DNA of 64,000 nt from Eledone cirrhosa (lineage: Eukaryota), in the NCBI GenBank assembly GCA_964016885.1, contig OZ024744.1, forward strand, positions 131,502,001-131,566,000. The letters are read 5' to 3'. This document shows positions 24,701-38,783 of the stretch, one piece after another. How positions within the stretch are numbered: position 1 is the stretch's first letter; every line of letters starts with the position of its first letter. The notes below the pieces were generated by a model, which was not told the origin of the DNA, made no database searches, and saw only the letters and a list, made by a program, of their open reading frames with translations. The position numbers and the translations under genes are program-made.

Positions 24701-27700
24701 AAGTTAAGTTGAGGTTAAGTTAAGTAGGGGTTAAGTTAAGTTGGGGTTAAGTTAAGTTGGGGCTAAGTTAAGTTGGGGCTAAGTTAAGTTGGGGCTAAGT
24801 TAAGTTGGGGTTCAGTTAAGTTGGGGTTAAGTTAAGTTTGGGTTAAGTTGGGGTTAAATTAAGTTGGCGTTAAGTTAAGTTGGGGTTTAGTTAAGTTGGG
24901 GTTAAGTTAAGTTGGGGTTAATTTAAGTTGGGGTTAAGTTAAGTTGGTGTTAAGTTAAGTGGTGGTTATGTTAAGTTGGGGTTAAGTTAAGTTGGGGTTA
25001 ATTTAAATTGGGGTTAAGTTAACTTTGTGGTTAAGTTAAGTTGGGGTTAAGTTAAGTTGGGGTTAAGTTAAGTTGGGGTTTAGTTAAGTTGGGGTTGAGT
25101 GAAGTTGGGGTTAAGTTAAGTTGGGGTTAATTTATGTTGGGGTTAAGTTAAGTCGGGGTTAAGTTAAGTTGGGGTTGAGTTAAGTTGGGGTTAATTTAAG
25201 TTGGGGCTAAGTTAATTTGTGGTTAAGTTAAGTTGGGGTTAAGTTAAGTTGGGGTTAAGTTAAGTTGGGGTTGAGTTAAGTTGGGGTTGAGTTAATTTAG
25301 GGTTAAGTTAAGTTGGGGTTAAGTTAAGTTGGGTTTAAGTTAAGTTGGGGTTAAATTAAGTTGGGGTTAAGTTAAGTTGGGGGTAAGTTAAGTTGGGGGC
25401 AAGTTAAGTTGGGGTTAAGTTAAGTTGGGGTTAAATTAAGTTGGGGTTAAGTTTACTTGGTGTTAAGTTAAGTTGGGGTTTATTTAAGTTGGGGTCAACT
25501 TAAATTGGGGTTAAGTTAAATTGGGGGTAAGTTAAGTTGGGGTTACGTTAAGTTGGGGTTAAGTTAAGTTGGGGTTAAGCTAAGTTGGGGTCAAGTTAAG
25601 TTGGGGTTTAAATTAAGTTGGGGTTAAGTCAAGTTGGGGTTAAGTTAAGTTGGGGTTAATTTAGTTGGGGTTAAGTTAAGTTGGGGCTAAGTTAAGTTGG
25701 GGCTAAGTTAAGTTGGGGCTAAGTTAAGTTGGGGTTAAGTTAAGTTGGGGTTAAGTTAAGGTGGGGTTAATTTAAGTTGGGTTAACTTAAATTGGGGTTA
25801 AGTTAAGTTGGGGTTAAGTTAAGTTGGGGTTAAGTTCAGTTGGGGTTAAGTTAAGTTGGTGTTAAGTTAAGTTGGGGCTAAGTTAAGTTGGGGCTGAGTT
25901 AAGTTGGGGCTGAGTTAAGTTGGGGTTAAGTTAAGTTGGGGTTGAGTTAAGTTGCGGTTAAGTTAAGTTGGCGTTAAGTTAAGTTGGGGTTAAGTTAAGT
26001 TGGGGTTAAGTTAAGTTGGGGTTGAGTTAAGTTGGGGTTAAGTTAAGTTGGGGTTCAGTTAAGTTGGGGTTAAGTTAAGTTGGGGTTAAGATGGGGTTAA
26101 ATTAAGTTGGGGTTAAGTTAAGTTGGGGTTAAGTTTAGTTGGGGTTGAGTTAAGTTGGGGTTAAGTTAAGTCGGGGTTACGTTAAGTCGGGGTTAAGTTA
26201 AGTTAGGGTTAAGTTATTAAGTTGGAGTTAAGTTAAGTTGGGGTTGAGTTAAGTTGGGGTTGAGTTAAATTGGGGTTAAGTTAAGTTGGGGCTAAGTTAA
26301 GTTGGGGTTAAGTTAAGTTGGGGTTAAGTTAAGTTGCAGTTAAGTTAAGTTGAGGTTAAGTTAAGTTGGGGTTAAGTTAAGTTGGGGTTAAGTTAAGTTG
26401 GGGCTAAGTTAAGTTGGGGCTAAGTTAAGTTGGGGCTAAGTTAAGTTGGGGTTCAGTTAAGTTGGGTTTAAGTTAAGTTTGGGTTAAGTTGGGGTTAAAT
26501 TAAGTTGGGGTTAAGTTAAGTTGGGGTTTAGTTAAGTTGGAGTTAAGTTAAGTTGGGGTTAATTTAAGTTGGGGTTAAGTTAAGTTGGTGTTAAGTTAAG
26601 TGGTGGTTATGTTAAGTTGGGGTTAAGTTAAGTTGGGGTTAATTTAAATTGGGGTTAAGTTAACTTTGTGGTTAAGTTAAGTTGGGGTTAAGTTAAGTTG
26701 GGGTTGAGTTAAGTTGGGGTTGAGTGAAGTTGGGGTTAAGTTAAGTTGGGGTTAATTTAAGTTGGGGTTAAGTTAAGTAGGGGTTAAGTTAAGTTGGGGT
26801 TGAGTTAGGTTGGGGTTAATTTAAGTTGGGGCTAAGTTAATTTGTGGTTAAGTTAAGTTGGGGTTAAGTTGGGGTTAAGTTAAGTTGGGGTTGAGTTAAG
26901 GTGGGGTTGAGTTAATTTAGGGTTAAGTTAAGTTGGGGTTAAGTTAAGTTGGGTTTAAGTTAAGTTGGGGCTAAGTTAAGTTGGGGTTAAGTTAAGTTGG
27001 GGTTAAGTTAAGTTGGGGTTAAGTTAAGTTGGGGTTAATTTAAATTGGGGTTAAGTTAACTTTGTGGTTAAGTTAAGTTGGGGTTAAGTTAAGTTGGGGT
27101 AAGTTAAGTTGGGGTTAAGTTAAGTTGGGGTTAAGTTAAGTTGGGGTTGAGTTAAGTTGGGGTTGAGTGAAGTTGGGGTTAAGTTAAGTTGGGGTTAAGT
27201 TAAGTTGGCGTTAAGTTAAGTTGGGGTTGAGTTAAGTTGGGGTTGAGTTAATTTAGGGTTAAGTTAAGTTGGGGTTAAGTTAAGTTGGGTTTAATTTAAG
27301 TTGGGGTTAAATTAAGTTGGGGTTAAATTAAGTTGGGGTTAAGTTAAGTTGGGGGTAAGTTAAGTTGGGGTTAAGTTAAGTTGGGGTTCAGTTAAGTTGG
27401 GGTTAAGTTAAGTTTGGGTTAAGTTGGGGTTAAATTAAGTTGGGGTTAAGTTAAGTTGGGGTTTAGTTAAGTTGGAGTTAAGTTAAGTTGGGGTTAATTT
27501 AAGTTGGGGTTAAGTTAAGTTGGTGTTAAGTTAAGTGGTGGTTATGTTAAGTTGGGGTTAAGTTAAGTTGGGGTTAATTTAAATTGGGGTTAAGTTAACT
27601 TTGTGGTTAAGTTAAGTTGGGGTTAAGTTAAGTTGGGGTTAAGTTAAGTTGGGGTTAAGTTAAGTTGGGGTTGAGTTAAGTTGGGGTTGAGTTAATTTAG

Positions 27701-30325
27701 GGTTAAGTTAAGTTGGGCTTAAGTTAAGTTGGGTTTAAGTTAAGTTGGGGTTAAATTAAGTTGGGGTTAAGTTAAGTTGGGGGTAAGTTAAGTTGGGGGC
27801 AAGTTAAGTTGGGGTTAAGTTAAGTTGGGGTTAAATTAAGTTGGGGTTAAGTTTAGTTGGTGTTAAGTTAAGTTGGGGTTTATTTAAGTTGGGGTTAATT
27901 AAGTTGGGGTTAAGTTAAGTTGGGGTTAAGTTAAGTTGGGGTTAATTTAAGTTGGGGTTGAGTTAAGTTGGGGTTAAGTTAAGTTGGGTTTATATTAAGT
28001 TGGGGTTAAGTTAAGTTGGGGTTAAGTTAAGTTGGGGTTCAGTTAAGTTGCGGTTAAGTTAAGTTGGGGTTAAGTTAAGTTGGGGTTAAGTTAAGTTGGG
28101 GTTAAGTTAAGTTGGTGTTAAGTTAAGTTGGGGCTGAGTTAAGTTGGGGCTGAGTTAAGTTGGGGTTAAGTTAAGTTGGGGTTGAGTTAAGTTGGGGTTA
28201 AGTTAAGTTGGGGTTAAGTTAAGTTGGGGTTAAGTTAAGTTGGGTTTAAGTTAAGTTGGGGTTTAGTTAAGTTGGGGTTCAGTTAAGTTGGGGTTAAGTT
28301 AAGTTTGGGTTAAGTTGGGGTTAAGTTAAGTTGGGGTCAAGTTAAGTTGGGGTTAAAATTAAGTTGGGGTTAAGTCAAGTTGGGGTTAAGTCAAGTTTGA
28401 GTTAATTTAGTTGGGGTTAAGTTAAGTTGGGGCTAAGTTAAGTTGGGGCTAAGTTAAGTTGGGGCTGAGTTAAGTTGGGGTTAAGTTAAGTTGGGGTTAA
28501 TTAAGGTGGGGTTAATTTAAGTTGGGGTTAAGTTATGTTGGTGTGAAGTTAAGTTGGGGCTAAGTTAATTTGGGGCTGAGTTAAGTTGGGGCTGAGTTAA
28601 GTTGGGGTTAATTTAAGTTGGGGTTGAGTTAAGTTGGGGTTAAGTTAAGTTGGGGTTAAGTTAAGTTGGGGTTAAGTTAAGTTGGGGTTGAGTTAAGTTG
28701 GGGTTAAGTTAAGTTGGGGTTAAGTTAAGTTGGGGTTCAGTTAAGTTGGGGTTAAGTTAAGTTGGGGTTAAGATGGGGTTAAATTAAGTTGGGGTTAAGT
28801 TAAGTTGGGGTTAAGTTAAGTTGGGGTTAAGTTAAGTTGGGGTTAAGTTAAGTCGGGGTTAAGTTAAGTCGTGGTTAAGTTAAGTTAGGGTTAAGTTAAG
28901 TTGGAGTTAAGTTAAGTTGGGGTTGAGTTAAGTTGGGGTTGAGTTAAATTGGGGTGGAGTTAAGTTGGGGTTGAGTTAAGTTGGTGTTGAGTTAAGTTGG
29001 GATTAAGTTAAGTTGGGGTTAAGTTAAGTTGCAGTTAAGTTAAGTTGAGGTTAAGTTAAGTTGGGGTTAAGTTAAGTTGGGGTTGAGTTAAGTTGGGGCT
29101 AAGTTAAGTTGGGGCTAAGTTAAGTTGGGGCTAAGTTAAGTTGGGGTTCAGTTAAGTTGGGGTTAAGTTAAGTTTGGGTTAAGTTGGGGTTAAATTAAGT
29201 TGGGGTTAAGTTAAGTTGGGGTTTAGTTAAGTTGGGGTTAAGTTAAGTTGGGGTTAATTTAAGTTGGGGTTAAGTTAAGTTGGGGTTAAGTTGGCGTTAA
29301 GTTAAGTTGGGGTTGAATTAAGTTGGGGTTGAGTTAATTTAGGGTTAAGTTAAGTTGGGGTTAAGTTAAGTTCGGTTTAAGTTAAGTTGGGGGTAAGTTA
29401 AGTTGGTGTTAAGTTAAGTTGGGGTTAAGTTAAGTTGGGGTTAAGTTAAGTTGGGGTCAAGTTAAGTTGGTGTTAATTTAAGTTGGGGTTAAGTTAAGTT
29501 GGGGCTAAGTTAAGTTGGGGCTAAGTTAAGTTGGGGCTAAGTTAAGTTGGGGTTAAGTTAAGTTGGGGTTAAGTTAAGGTGGGGTTAATTTAAGTTGGGG
29601 TCAACTTAAATTGGGGTTAAGTTAAGTTGGGGTTAAGTTAAGTTGGGGTTAAGTTAAGTTGGGGTTAAGTTAAGTTGGGGTTAAGTTAAGTTGGGGTTGA
29701 GTTAAGTTGGGGTTAAGTTAAGTTGGGGTTCAGTTAAGTTGGTGTTAAGTTAAGTTGGGGTTAAGATGGGGTTAAATTAAGTTGGGGTTAAGTTAAGTTG
29801 GGGTTAAGTTAAGTTGGGGTTAAGTTAAGTTGGGGTTAAGTTAAGTCGGGGTTAAGTTAAGTCGGGGTTAAGTTAAGTTAGGGTTAAGTTAAGTTGGAGT
29901 TAAGTTAAGTTGGGGTTGAGTTAAGTTGGGGTTAAGTTAAGTTGGGGTTAAGTTAAGTTGGGGTTAAGTTAAGTTGGGGGTAAGTTAAGTTGGGGGTAAG
30001 TTAAGTTGGGGGTAAGTTAAGTTGGGGTTAAGTTAAGTTGGGGTTAAGTTAAGTTGGGGTTAAGTTAAGTTGGTTCGTTAAGTTGAGTTTAAGTTAAGTT
30101 GGGGTTAATTTAAGTTGGGGTTAAGTTAAGTTGGGGTTAAGTTAAGTTGGGGTTAAGTTAAGTTGGGGTTCAGTTAAGTTATGGTTAAGTCAAGTTGGGG
30201 TTAAGTTGGGGTTAAATTAATTTGGGGTTAAGTTAAGTTGGGGTTAAGTTAAGTTGGGGTTATGTTAAGTTGGGGTTAAGTTAAGTTGGGGTTAAGTTAA
30301 TTTGTTGTTAAGTTAAGTTGTGGTT

Positions 30326-30749
30326 AAACCCAACTTCACTCAACCCCACCTTAACTCAACCCCAACTTAACTTAACCCCAACTTCACTCAACCCCAACTT
30401 AACTTAACCCCAACTTCACTCAACCCCAACTTAACTCAACCCCAACTTAACTTAACCCCAACTTAACTTAACCCTAACTTAACTTAACCCGACTTAACTT
30501 AACTTCGACTTAACTTAACCCCAACTTAACTTAACCCCAACTTAACTTAACCCCAACTTAACTTAACCACAAATTAACTTAACCCCAACTTAAATTAACC
30601 CCAACTTAAATTAACCCCAACTTAACTTAACCCCAACTTAACTTAACCCCAACTTAACTCACACCCAACTTAACTTACCCCCAACTTAACTTAACCCCAA
30701 CTTGACTTAACACCAAATTAACTTAACCCCAACTTAACTTAACCCCAAA
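30326..30749 (-). repeat. Inverted satellite block 9 (424 bp; counterpart of block 4)
   Basis: GGTT|AAACCC junction; offset 18,492 from block 4. Confidence 0.97.
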
Positions 30750-33700
30750 TTCGGGGTTAAGTTAAGTTAGGCTTAACTTAAGTTGGGGTTAAGTTAAATT
30801 GGGGGTAAGTTAAGTTCTGGGTAAGTTAAGTTGGGGTTAAGTTAAGTTGGGGTTAAGTTGGGGTTAAGTTAAGTTAGGGTTAAGTTAAGTTAGGGTTAAG
30901 TTAAGTTGGGGTTGAGTTAAGTTGGTGTTAAGTTAAGTTGGGGTTAAGTTAAGTTGGGGCTAAGTTAAGTTGGGGCTAAGTTAAGTTGGGGCTAAGTTAA
31001 GTTGGGGTTCAGTTAAGTTGGGGTTAAGTTAAGTTGGGGTTAAGTTAAGTTGGGGTCAAGTTAAGTTGGGGTTAAAATTAAGTTGGGGTTAAATCAAGTT
31101 GGGGTTAAGTTAAGTTGGGGTTAATTTAAATTGGGGTTAAGTTAACTTTGTGGTTAAGTTAAGTTGGGGTTAAGTTAAGTTGGGGTTAAGTTAAGTTGGG
31201 GTTGAGTTAAGTTGGGGTTGAGTGAAGTTGGGGTTAAGTTAAGTTGGGGTTAAGTTGGCGTTAAGTTAAGTTGGGGTTGAATTAAGTTGGGGTTGAGTTA
31301 ATTTAGGGTTAAGTTAAGTTGGGGTTAAGTTAAGTTGGGTTTAAGTTAAGTTGGGGTTAAATTAAGTTGGGGTTAAATTAAGTTGGGGTTAAGTTAAGTT
31401 GGGGGTAAGTTAAGTTGGTGTTAAGTTAAGTTGGGGTTAAGTTAAGTTGGGGTTAAGTTAAGTTGGGGTCAAGTTAAGTTGGGGTTAAAATTAAGTTGGG
31501 GTTAAGTCAAGTTGGGGTTAAGTCAAGTTTGAGTTAATTTAGTTGGGGTTAAGTTAAGTTGGGGCTAAGTTAAGTTGGGGCTAAGTTAAGTTGGGGCTGA
31601 GTTAAGTTGGGGTTAAGTTAAGTTGGGGTTAATTAAGGTGGGGTTAATTTAAGTTGGGGTTAAGTTATGTTGGTGTGAAGTTAAGTTGGGGCTAAGTTAA
31701 TTTGGGGCTGAGTTAAGTTGGGGCTGAGTTAAGTTGGGGTTAATTTAAGTTGGGGTTGAGTTAAGTTGGGGTTAAGTTAAGTTGGGGTTAAGTTAAGTTG
31801 GGGTTAAGTTAAGTTGGGGTTGAGTTAAGTTGGGGTTAAGTTAAGTTGGGGTTAAGTTAAGTTGGGGTTCAGTTAAGTTGGGGTTAAGTTAAGTTGGGGT
31901 TAAGATGGGGTTAAATTAAGTTGGGGTTAAGTTAAGTTGGGGTTAAGTTAAGTTGGGGTTAAGTTAAGTTGGGGTTAAGTTAAGTCGGGGTTAAGTTAAG
32001 TCGTGGTTAAGTTAAGTTAGGGTTAAGTTAAGTTGGAGTTAAGTTAAGTTGGGGTTGAGTTAAGTTGGGGTTGAGTTAAATTGGGGTGGAGTTAAGTTGG
32101 GGTTGAGTTAAGTTGGTGTTGAGTTAAGTTGGGATTAAGTTAAGTTGGGGTTAAGTTAAGTTGCAGTTAAGTTAAGTTGAGGTTAAGTTAAGTTGGGGTT
32201 AAGTTAAGTTGGGGTTGAGTTAAGTTGGGGCTAAGTTAAGTTGGGGCTAAGTTAAGTTGGGGCTAAGTTAAGTTGGGGTTCAGTTAAGTTGGGGTTAAGT
32301 TAAGTTTGGGTTAAGTTGGGGTTAAATTAAGTTGGGGTTAAGTTAAGTTGGGGTTTAGTTAAGTTGGGGTTAAGTTAAGTTGGGGTTAATTTAAGTTGGG
32401 GTTAAGTTAAGTTGGGGTTAAGTTGGCGTTAAGTTAAGTTGGGGTTGAATTAAGTTGGGGTTGAGTTAATTTAGGGTTAAGTTAAGTTGGGGTTAAGTTA
32501 AGTTGGGTTTAAGTTAAGTTGGGGTTAAATTAAGTTGGGGTTAAATTAAGTTGGGGTTAAGTTAAGTTGGGGGTAAGTTAAGTTGGTGTTAAGTTAAGTT
32601 GGGGTTAAGTTAAGTTGGGGTTAAGTTAAGTTGGGGTCAAGTTAAGTTGGTGTTAAGTTAAGTTGGGGTTAAGTTAAGTTGGGGCTAAGTTAAGTTGGGG
32701 CTAAGTTAAGTTGGGGCTAAGTTAAGTTGGGGTTAAATTAAGTTGGGGTTAAGTTAAGGTGGGGTTAATTTAAGTTGGGGTCAACTTAAATTGGGGTTAA
32801 GTTAAGTTGGGGTTAAGTTAAGTTGGGGTTAAGTTAAGTTGGGGTTAAGTTAAGTTGGGGTTAAGTTAAGTTGGGGTTGAGTTAAGTTGGGGTTAAGTTA
32901 AGTTGGGGTTCAGTTAAGTTGATGTTAAGTTAAGTTGGGGTTAAGATGGGGTTAAATTAAGTTGGGGTTAAGTTAAGTTGGGGTTAAGTTAAGTTGGGGT
33001 TAAGTTAAGTTGGGGTTAAGTTAAGTCGGGGTTAAGTTAAGTCGGGGTTAAGTTAAGTTAGGGTTAAGTTAAGTTGGAGTTAAGTTAAGTTGGGGTTGAG
33101 TTAAGTTGGGGTTGAGTTAAATTGGGGTGGAGTTAAGTTGGGGTTGAGTTAAGTTGGTGTTGAGTTAAGTTGGGGTTAAGTTAAGTTGGGGTTAAGTTAA
33201 GTTGCAGTTAAGTTAAGTTGAGGTTAAGTTAAGTTGGGGTTAAGTTAAGTTGGGGTTAAGTTAAGTTGGGGCTAAGTTAAGTTGGGGCTAAGTTAAGTTG
33301 GGGCTAAGTTAAGTTGGGGTTCAGTTAAGTTGGGGTTAAGTTAAGTTTGGGTTAAGTTGGGGTTAAATTAAGTTGGGGTTAAGTTAAGTTGCGGTTTAGT
33401 TAAGTTGGGGTTAAGTTAAGTTGGGGTTAATTTAAGTTGGGGTTAAGTTAAGTTGGGGTTAAGTTAAGTGGTGGTTATGTTAAGTTGGGGTTAAGTTAAG
33501 TTGGGGTTAATTTAAATTGGGGTTAAGTTAACTTTGTGGTTAAGTTAAGTTGGGGTTAAGTTAAGTTAGGGTTAAGTTAAGTTGGGGTTCAGTTAAGTTG
33601 CGGTTAAGTTAAGTTGGGGTTAAGTTAAGTTGGGGTTAAGTTAAGTTGGGGTTAAGTTAAGTTGGGGTCAAGTTAAGTTGGGGTTAAGTTAAGTTGGGGT

Positions 33701-33966
33701 TAAGTTAAGTTGGTTAGTTAAGTTGAGTTTAATTTAAGTTGGGGTTAATTTAAGTTGGGGTTAAGTTAAGTTGGGGTTAAGTTAAGTTGGGGTTAGGTTA
33801 ATTTGGGGTTCAGTAAAGTTGGGGTTAAGTCAAGTTGGGGTTAAGTTGGGGTTAAATTAATCTGGGGTTAAGTTATTGTTGGGGTTAAGTTAAGTTGGGG
33901 TTAAGTTAAGTTGGGGTTAAGTTAAGTTGGAGTTAAGTTAATTTGTGGTTAAGTTATGTTGGGGTT

Positions 33967-34359
33967 AACCCCAACTTCACTCAACCCCACCTTAACTCAA
34001 CCCCAACTTAACTTAACCCCAACTTCACTCAACCCCAACTTAACTTAACCCCAACTTCACTCAACCCCAACTTAACTCAACCCCAACTTAACTTAACCCC
34101 AACTTAACTTAACGCTAACTTAACTTAACCCCGACTTAACTTAACTTCGACTTAACTTAACCCCAACTTAACTTAACCCCAACTTAAATTAACCCCAACT
34201 TAACTTAACCACAAATTAACTTAACCCCAACTTAAATTAACCCCAACTTAACTTAACCCCAACTTAACTCACACCCAACTTAACTTACCCCCAACTTAAC
34301 TTAACCCCAACTTGAATTAACCCAAACTTAACTTAACCCCAACTTAACTTAACCCCAAA
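33967..34359 (-). repeat. Inverted satellite block 10 (393 bp; counterpart of block 5)
   Basis: AACGCTAAC variant; offset 18,492 from block 5. Confidence 0.97.
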
Positions 34360-35270
34360 TTCGGGGTTAAGTTAAGTTGGGGTTAAGTTAAGTTAGGCTT
34401 CACTTAAGTTGGGGTTATGTTAAGTTGGGGGTAAGTTAAGTTCTGGGTAAGTTAAGTTGGGGTTAAGTTAAGTTGGGGTTAAGTTGGGATTAAGTTGAGT
34501 TAGGGTTAAGTTAAGTTGGGGTTGAGTTAAGTTGGGGTTAAGTTAAGTTGGGGTTAAGTCAAGTTGGGGTTAAGTTAAGTTGGGGTTAATTTAGTTGGGG
34601 TTAAGTTAAGTTGGGGCTAAGTTAAGTTGGGGCTAAGTTAAGTTGGGGCTAAGTTAAGTTGGGGTTAAGTTAAGTTGGGGTTAATTTAAATTGGGGTTAA
34701 GTTAACTTTGTGGTTAAGTTAAGTTGGGGTTAAGTTAAGTTGGGGTTAAGTTAAGTTGGGGTTGAGTTAAGTTGGGGTTGAGTGAAGTTGGGGTTAAGTT
34801 AAGTTGGGGTTAAGTTACGTTGGCGTTAAGTTAAGTTGGGGTTGAGTTAAGTTGGGGTTGAGTTAATTTAGGGTTAAGTTAAGTTGGGGTTAAGTTAAGT
34901 TGGGTTTAAGTTAAGTTGGGGTTAAATTAAGTTGGGGTTAAATTAAGTTGGGGTTAAGTTAAGTTGGGGGTAAGTTAAGTTGGGGTTAAGTTAAGTTGGG
35001 GTTAAGTTAAGTTGGGGTTAAGTTAAGTTGGGGTTTAAATTAAGTTGGGGTTAAGTCAAGTTGGGGTTAAGTTAAGTTGGGGTTAAATTAGTTGGGGTTA
35101 AGTTAAGTTGGGGCTAAGTTAAGTTGGGGCTAAGTTAAGTTGGGGTTAAGTTGGGGTTAAATTAATTTGGGGTTAAGTTAAGTTGGGGTTAAGTTAAGTT
35201 GGGGTTATGTTAAGTTGGGGTTAAGTTAAGTTGGGGTTAAGTTAATTTGTTGTTAAGTTAAGTTGTGGTT

Positions 35271-35694
35271 AACCCCAACTTCACTCAACCCCACCTTAAC
35301 TCAACCCCAACTTAACTTAACCCCAACTTCACTCAACCCCAACTTAACTTAACCCCAACTTCACTCAACCCCAACTTAACTCAACCCCAACTTAACTTAA
35401 CCCCAACTTAACTTAACCCTAACTTAACTTAACCCGACTTAACTTAACTTCGACTTAACTTAACCCCAACTTAACTTAACCCCAACTTAACTTAACCCCA
35501 ACTTAACTTAACCACAAATTAACTTAACCCCAACTTAAATTAACCCCAACTTAAATTAACCCCAACTTAACTTAACCCCAACTTAACTTAACCCCAACTT
35601 AACTCACACCCAACTTAACTTACCCCCAACTTAACTTAACCCCAACTTGACTTAACACCAAATTAACTTAACCCCAACTTAACTTAACCCCAAA
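35271..35694 (-). repeat. Inverted satellite block 11 (424 bp; counterpart of block 6)
   Basis: Offset 18,492 from block 6; same junctions. Confidence 0.97.
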
Positions 35695-38600
35695 TTCGGG
35701 GTTAAGTTAAGTTAGGCTTAACTTAAGTTGGGGTTAAGTTAAATTGGGGGTAAGTTAAGTTCTGGGTAAGTTAAGTTGGGGTTAAGTTAAGTTGGGGTTA
35801 AGTTGGGGTTAAGTTAAGTTAGGGTTAAGTTAAGTTGGGGTTGAGTTAAGTTGGTGTTAAGTTAAGTTGGGGTTAAGTTAAGTTGGGGCTAAGTTAAGTT
35901 GGGGCTAAGTTAAGTTGGGGCTAAGTTAAGTTGGGGTTCAGTTAAGTTGGGGTTAAGTTAAGTTGGGGTTAAGTTAAGTTGGGGTCAAGTTAAGTTGGGG
36001 TTAAAATTAAGTTGGGGTTAAATCAAGTTGGGGTTAAGTTAAGTTGGGGTTAATTTAAATTGGGGTTAAGTTAAATTTGTGGTTAAGTTAAGTTGGGGTT
36101 AAGTTAAGTTGGGGTTAAGTTAAGTTGGGGTTGAGTTAAGTTGGGGTTGAGTGAAGTTGGGGTTAAGTTAAGTTGGGGTTAAGTTGGCGTTAAGTTAAGT
36201 TGGGGTTGAATTAAGTTGGGGTTGAGTTAATTTAGGGTTAAGTTAAGTTGGGGTTAAGTTAAGTTGGGTTTAAGTTAAGTTGGGGTTAAATTAAGTTGGG
36301 GTTAAATTAAGTTGGGCTTAAGTTAAGTTGGGGGTAAGTTAAGTTGGTGTTAAGTTAAGTTGGGGTTAAGTTAAGTTGGGGTTAAGTTAAGTTGGGGTCA
36401 AGTTAAGTTGGGGTTAAAATTAAGTTGGGGTTAAGTCAAGTTGGGGTTAAGTCAAGTTTGAGTTAATTTAGTTGGGGTTAAGTTAAGTTGGGGCTAAGTT
36501 AAGTTGGGGCTAAGTTAAGTTGGGGCTGAGTTAAGTTGGGGTTAAGTTAAGTTGGGGTTAATTAAGGTGGGGTTAATTTAAGTTGGGGTTAAGTTATGTT
36601 GGTGTGAAGTTAAGTTGGGGCTAAGTTAATTTGGGGCTGAGTTAAGTTGGGGCTGAGTTAAGTTGGGGTTAATTTAAGTTGGGGTTGAGTTAAGTTGGGG
36701 TTAAGTTAAGTTGGGGTTAAGTTAAGTTGGGGTTAAGTTAAGTTGGGGTTGAGTTAAGTTGGGGTTAAGTTAAGTTGGTGTTAAGTTAAGTTGGGGTTCA
36801 GTTAAGTTGGGGTTAAGTTAAGTTGGGGTTAAGATGGGGTTAAATTAAGTTGGGGTTAAGTTAAGTTGGGGTTAAGTTAAGTTTGGGTTAAGTTAAGTTG
36901 GGGTTAAGTTAAGTCGGGGTTAAGTTAAGTCGTGGTTAAGTTAAGTTAGGGTTAAGTTAAGTTGGAGTTAAGTTAAGTTGGGGTTGAGTTAAGTTGGGGT
37001 TGAGTTAAATTGGGGTGGAGTTAAGTTGGGGTTGAGTTAAGTTGGTGTTGAGTTAAGTTGGGATTAAGTTAAGTTGGGGTTAAGTTAAGTTGCAGTTAAG
37101 TTAAGTTGAGGTTAAGTTAAGTTGGGGTTAAGTTAAGTTGGGGTTAAGTTAAGTTGGGGCTAAGTTAAGTTGGGGCTAAGTTAAGTTGGGGCTAAGTTAA
37201 GTTGGGGTTCAGTTAAGTTGGGGTTAAGTTAAGTTTGGGTTAAGTTGGGGTTAAATTAAGTTGGGGTTAAGTTAAGTTGGGGTTTAGTTAAGTTGGGGTT
37301 AAGTTAAGTTGGGGTTAATTTAAGTTGGGGTTAAGTTAAGTTGGGGTTAAGTTGGCGTTAAGTTAAGTTGGGGTTGAATTAAGTTGGGGTTGAGTTAATT
37401 TAGGGTTAAGTTAAGTTGGGGTTAAGTTAAGTTGGGTTTAAGTTAAGTTGGGGTTAAATTAAGTTGGGGTTAAATTAAGTTGGGGTTAAGTTAAGTTGGG
37501 GGTAAGGTAAGTTGGTGTTAAGTTAAGTTGGGGTTAAGTTAAGTTGGGGTTAAGTTAAGTTGGGGTCAAGTTAAGTTGGTGTTAAGTTAAGTTGGGGTTA
37601 AGTTAAGTTGGGGCTAAGTTAAGTTGGGGCTAAGTTAAGTTGGGGCTAAGTTAAGTTGGGGTTAAGTTAAGTTGGGGTTAAGTTAAGGTGGGGTTAATTT
37701 AAGTTGGGGTCAACTTAAATTGGGGTTAAGTTAAGTTGGGGTTAAGTTAAGTTGGGGTTAAGTTAAGGTGGGGTTAAGTTAAGTTGGGGTTAAGTTAAGT
37801 TGGGGTTGAGTTAAGTTGGGGTTAAGTTAAGTTGGGGTTCAGTTAAGTTGGTGTTAAGTTAAGTTGGGGTTAAGATGGGGTTAAATTAAGTTGGGGTTAA
37901 GTTAAGTTGGGGTTAAGTTAAGTTGGGGTTAAGTTAAGTTGGGGTTAAGTTAAGTCGGGGTTAAGTTAAGTCGGGGTTAAGTTAAGTTAGGGTTAAGTTA
38001 AGTTGGAGTTAAGTTAAGTTGGGGTTAAGTTAAGTTGCAGTTAAGTTAAGTTGAGGTTAAGTTAAGTTGGGGTTAAGTTAAGTTGGGGTTAAGTTAAGTT
38101 GGGGCTAAGTTAAGTTGGGGCTAAGTTAAGTTGGGGCTAAGTTAAGTTGGGGTTCAGTTAAGTTGGGGTTAAGTTAAGTTTGGGTTAAGTTGGGGTTAAA
38201 TTAAGTTGGGGTTAAGTTAAGTTGGGGTTTAGTTAAGTTGGGGTTAAGGTAAGTTGGGGTTAATTTAAGTTGGGGTTAAGTTAAGTGGTGGTTATGTTAA
38301 GTTGGGGTTAAGTTAAGTTGGGGTTAATTTAAATTGGGGTTAAGTTAACTTTGTGGTTAAGTTAAGTTGGGGTTAAGTTAAGTTAGGGTTAAGTTAAGTT
38401 GGGGTTCAGTTAAGTTGCGGTTAAGTTAAGTTGGGGTTAAGTTAAGTTGGGGTTAAGTTAAGTTGGGGTTAAGTTAAGTTGGGGTCAAGTTAAGTTGGGG
38501 TTAAGTTAAGTTGGGGTTAAGTTAAGTTGGTTAGTTAAGTTGAGTTTAATTTAAGTTGGGGTTAATTTAAGTTGGGGTTAAGTTAAGTTGGGGTTAAGTT

Positions 38601-38783
38601 AAGTTGGGGTTAGGTTAATTTGGGGTTCAGTTAAGTTGGGGTTAAGTCAAGTTGGGGTTAAGTTGGGGTTAAATTAATCTGGGGTTAAGTTATTGTTGGG
38701 GTTAAGTTAAGTTGGGGTTAAGTTAAGTTGGGGTTAAGTTAAGTTGGGGTTAAGTTAATTTGTGGTTAAGTTATGTTGGGGTT

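Larger units (their letters stand above)
9820..28320 (+). repeat. Upstream copy (~18.5 kb) of a large tandem duplication unit
   Basis: Markers match downstream at +18,492 (10881/29373, 11581/30073, blocks 4-7 vs 9-12), then at +23,293 (23941/47234, 26211/49504, 26805/50098). Confidence 0.88.
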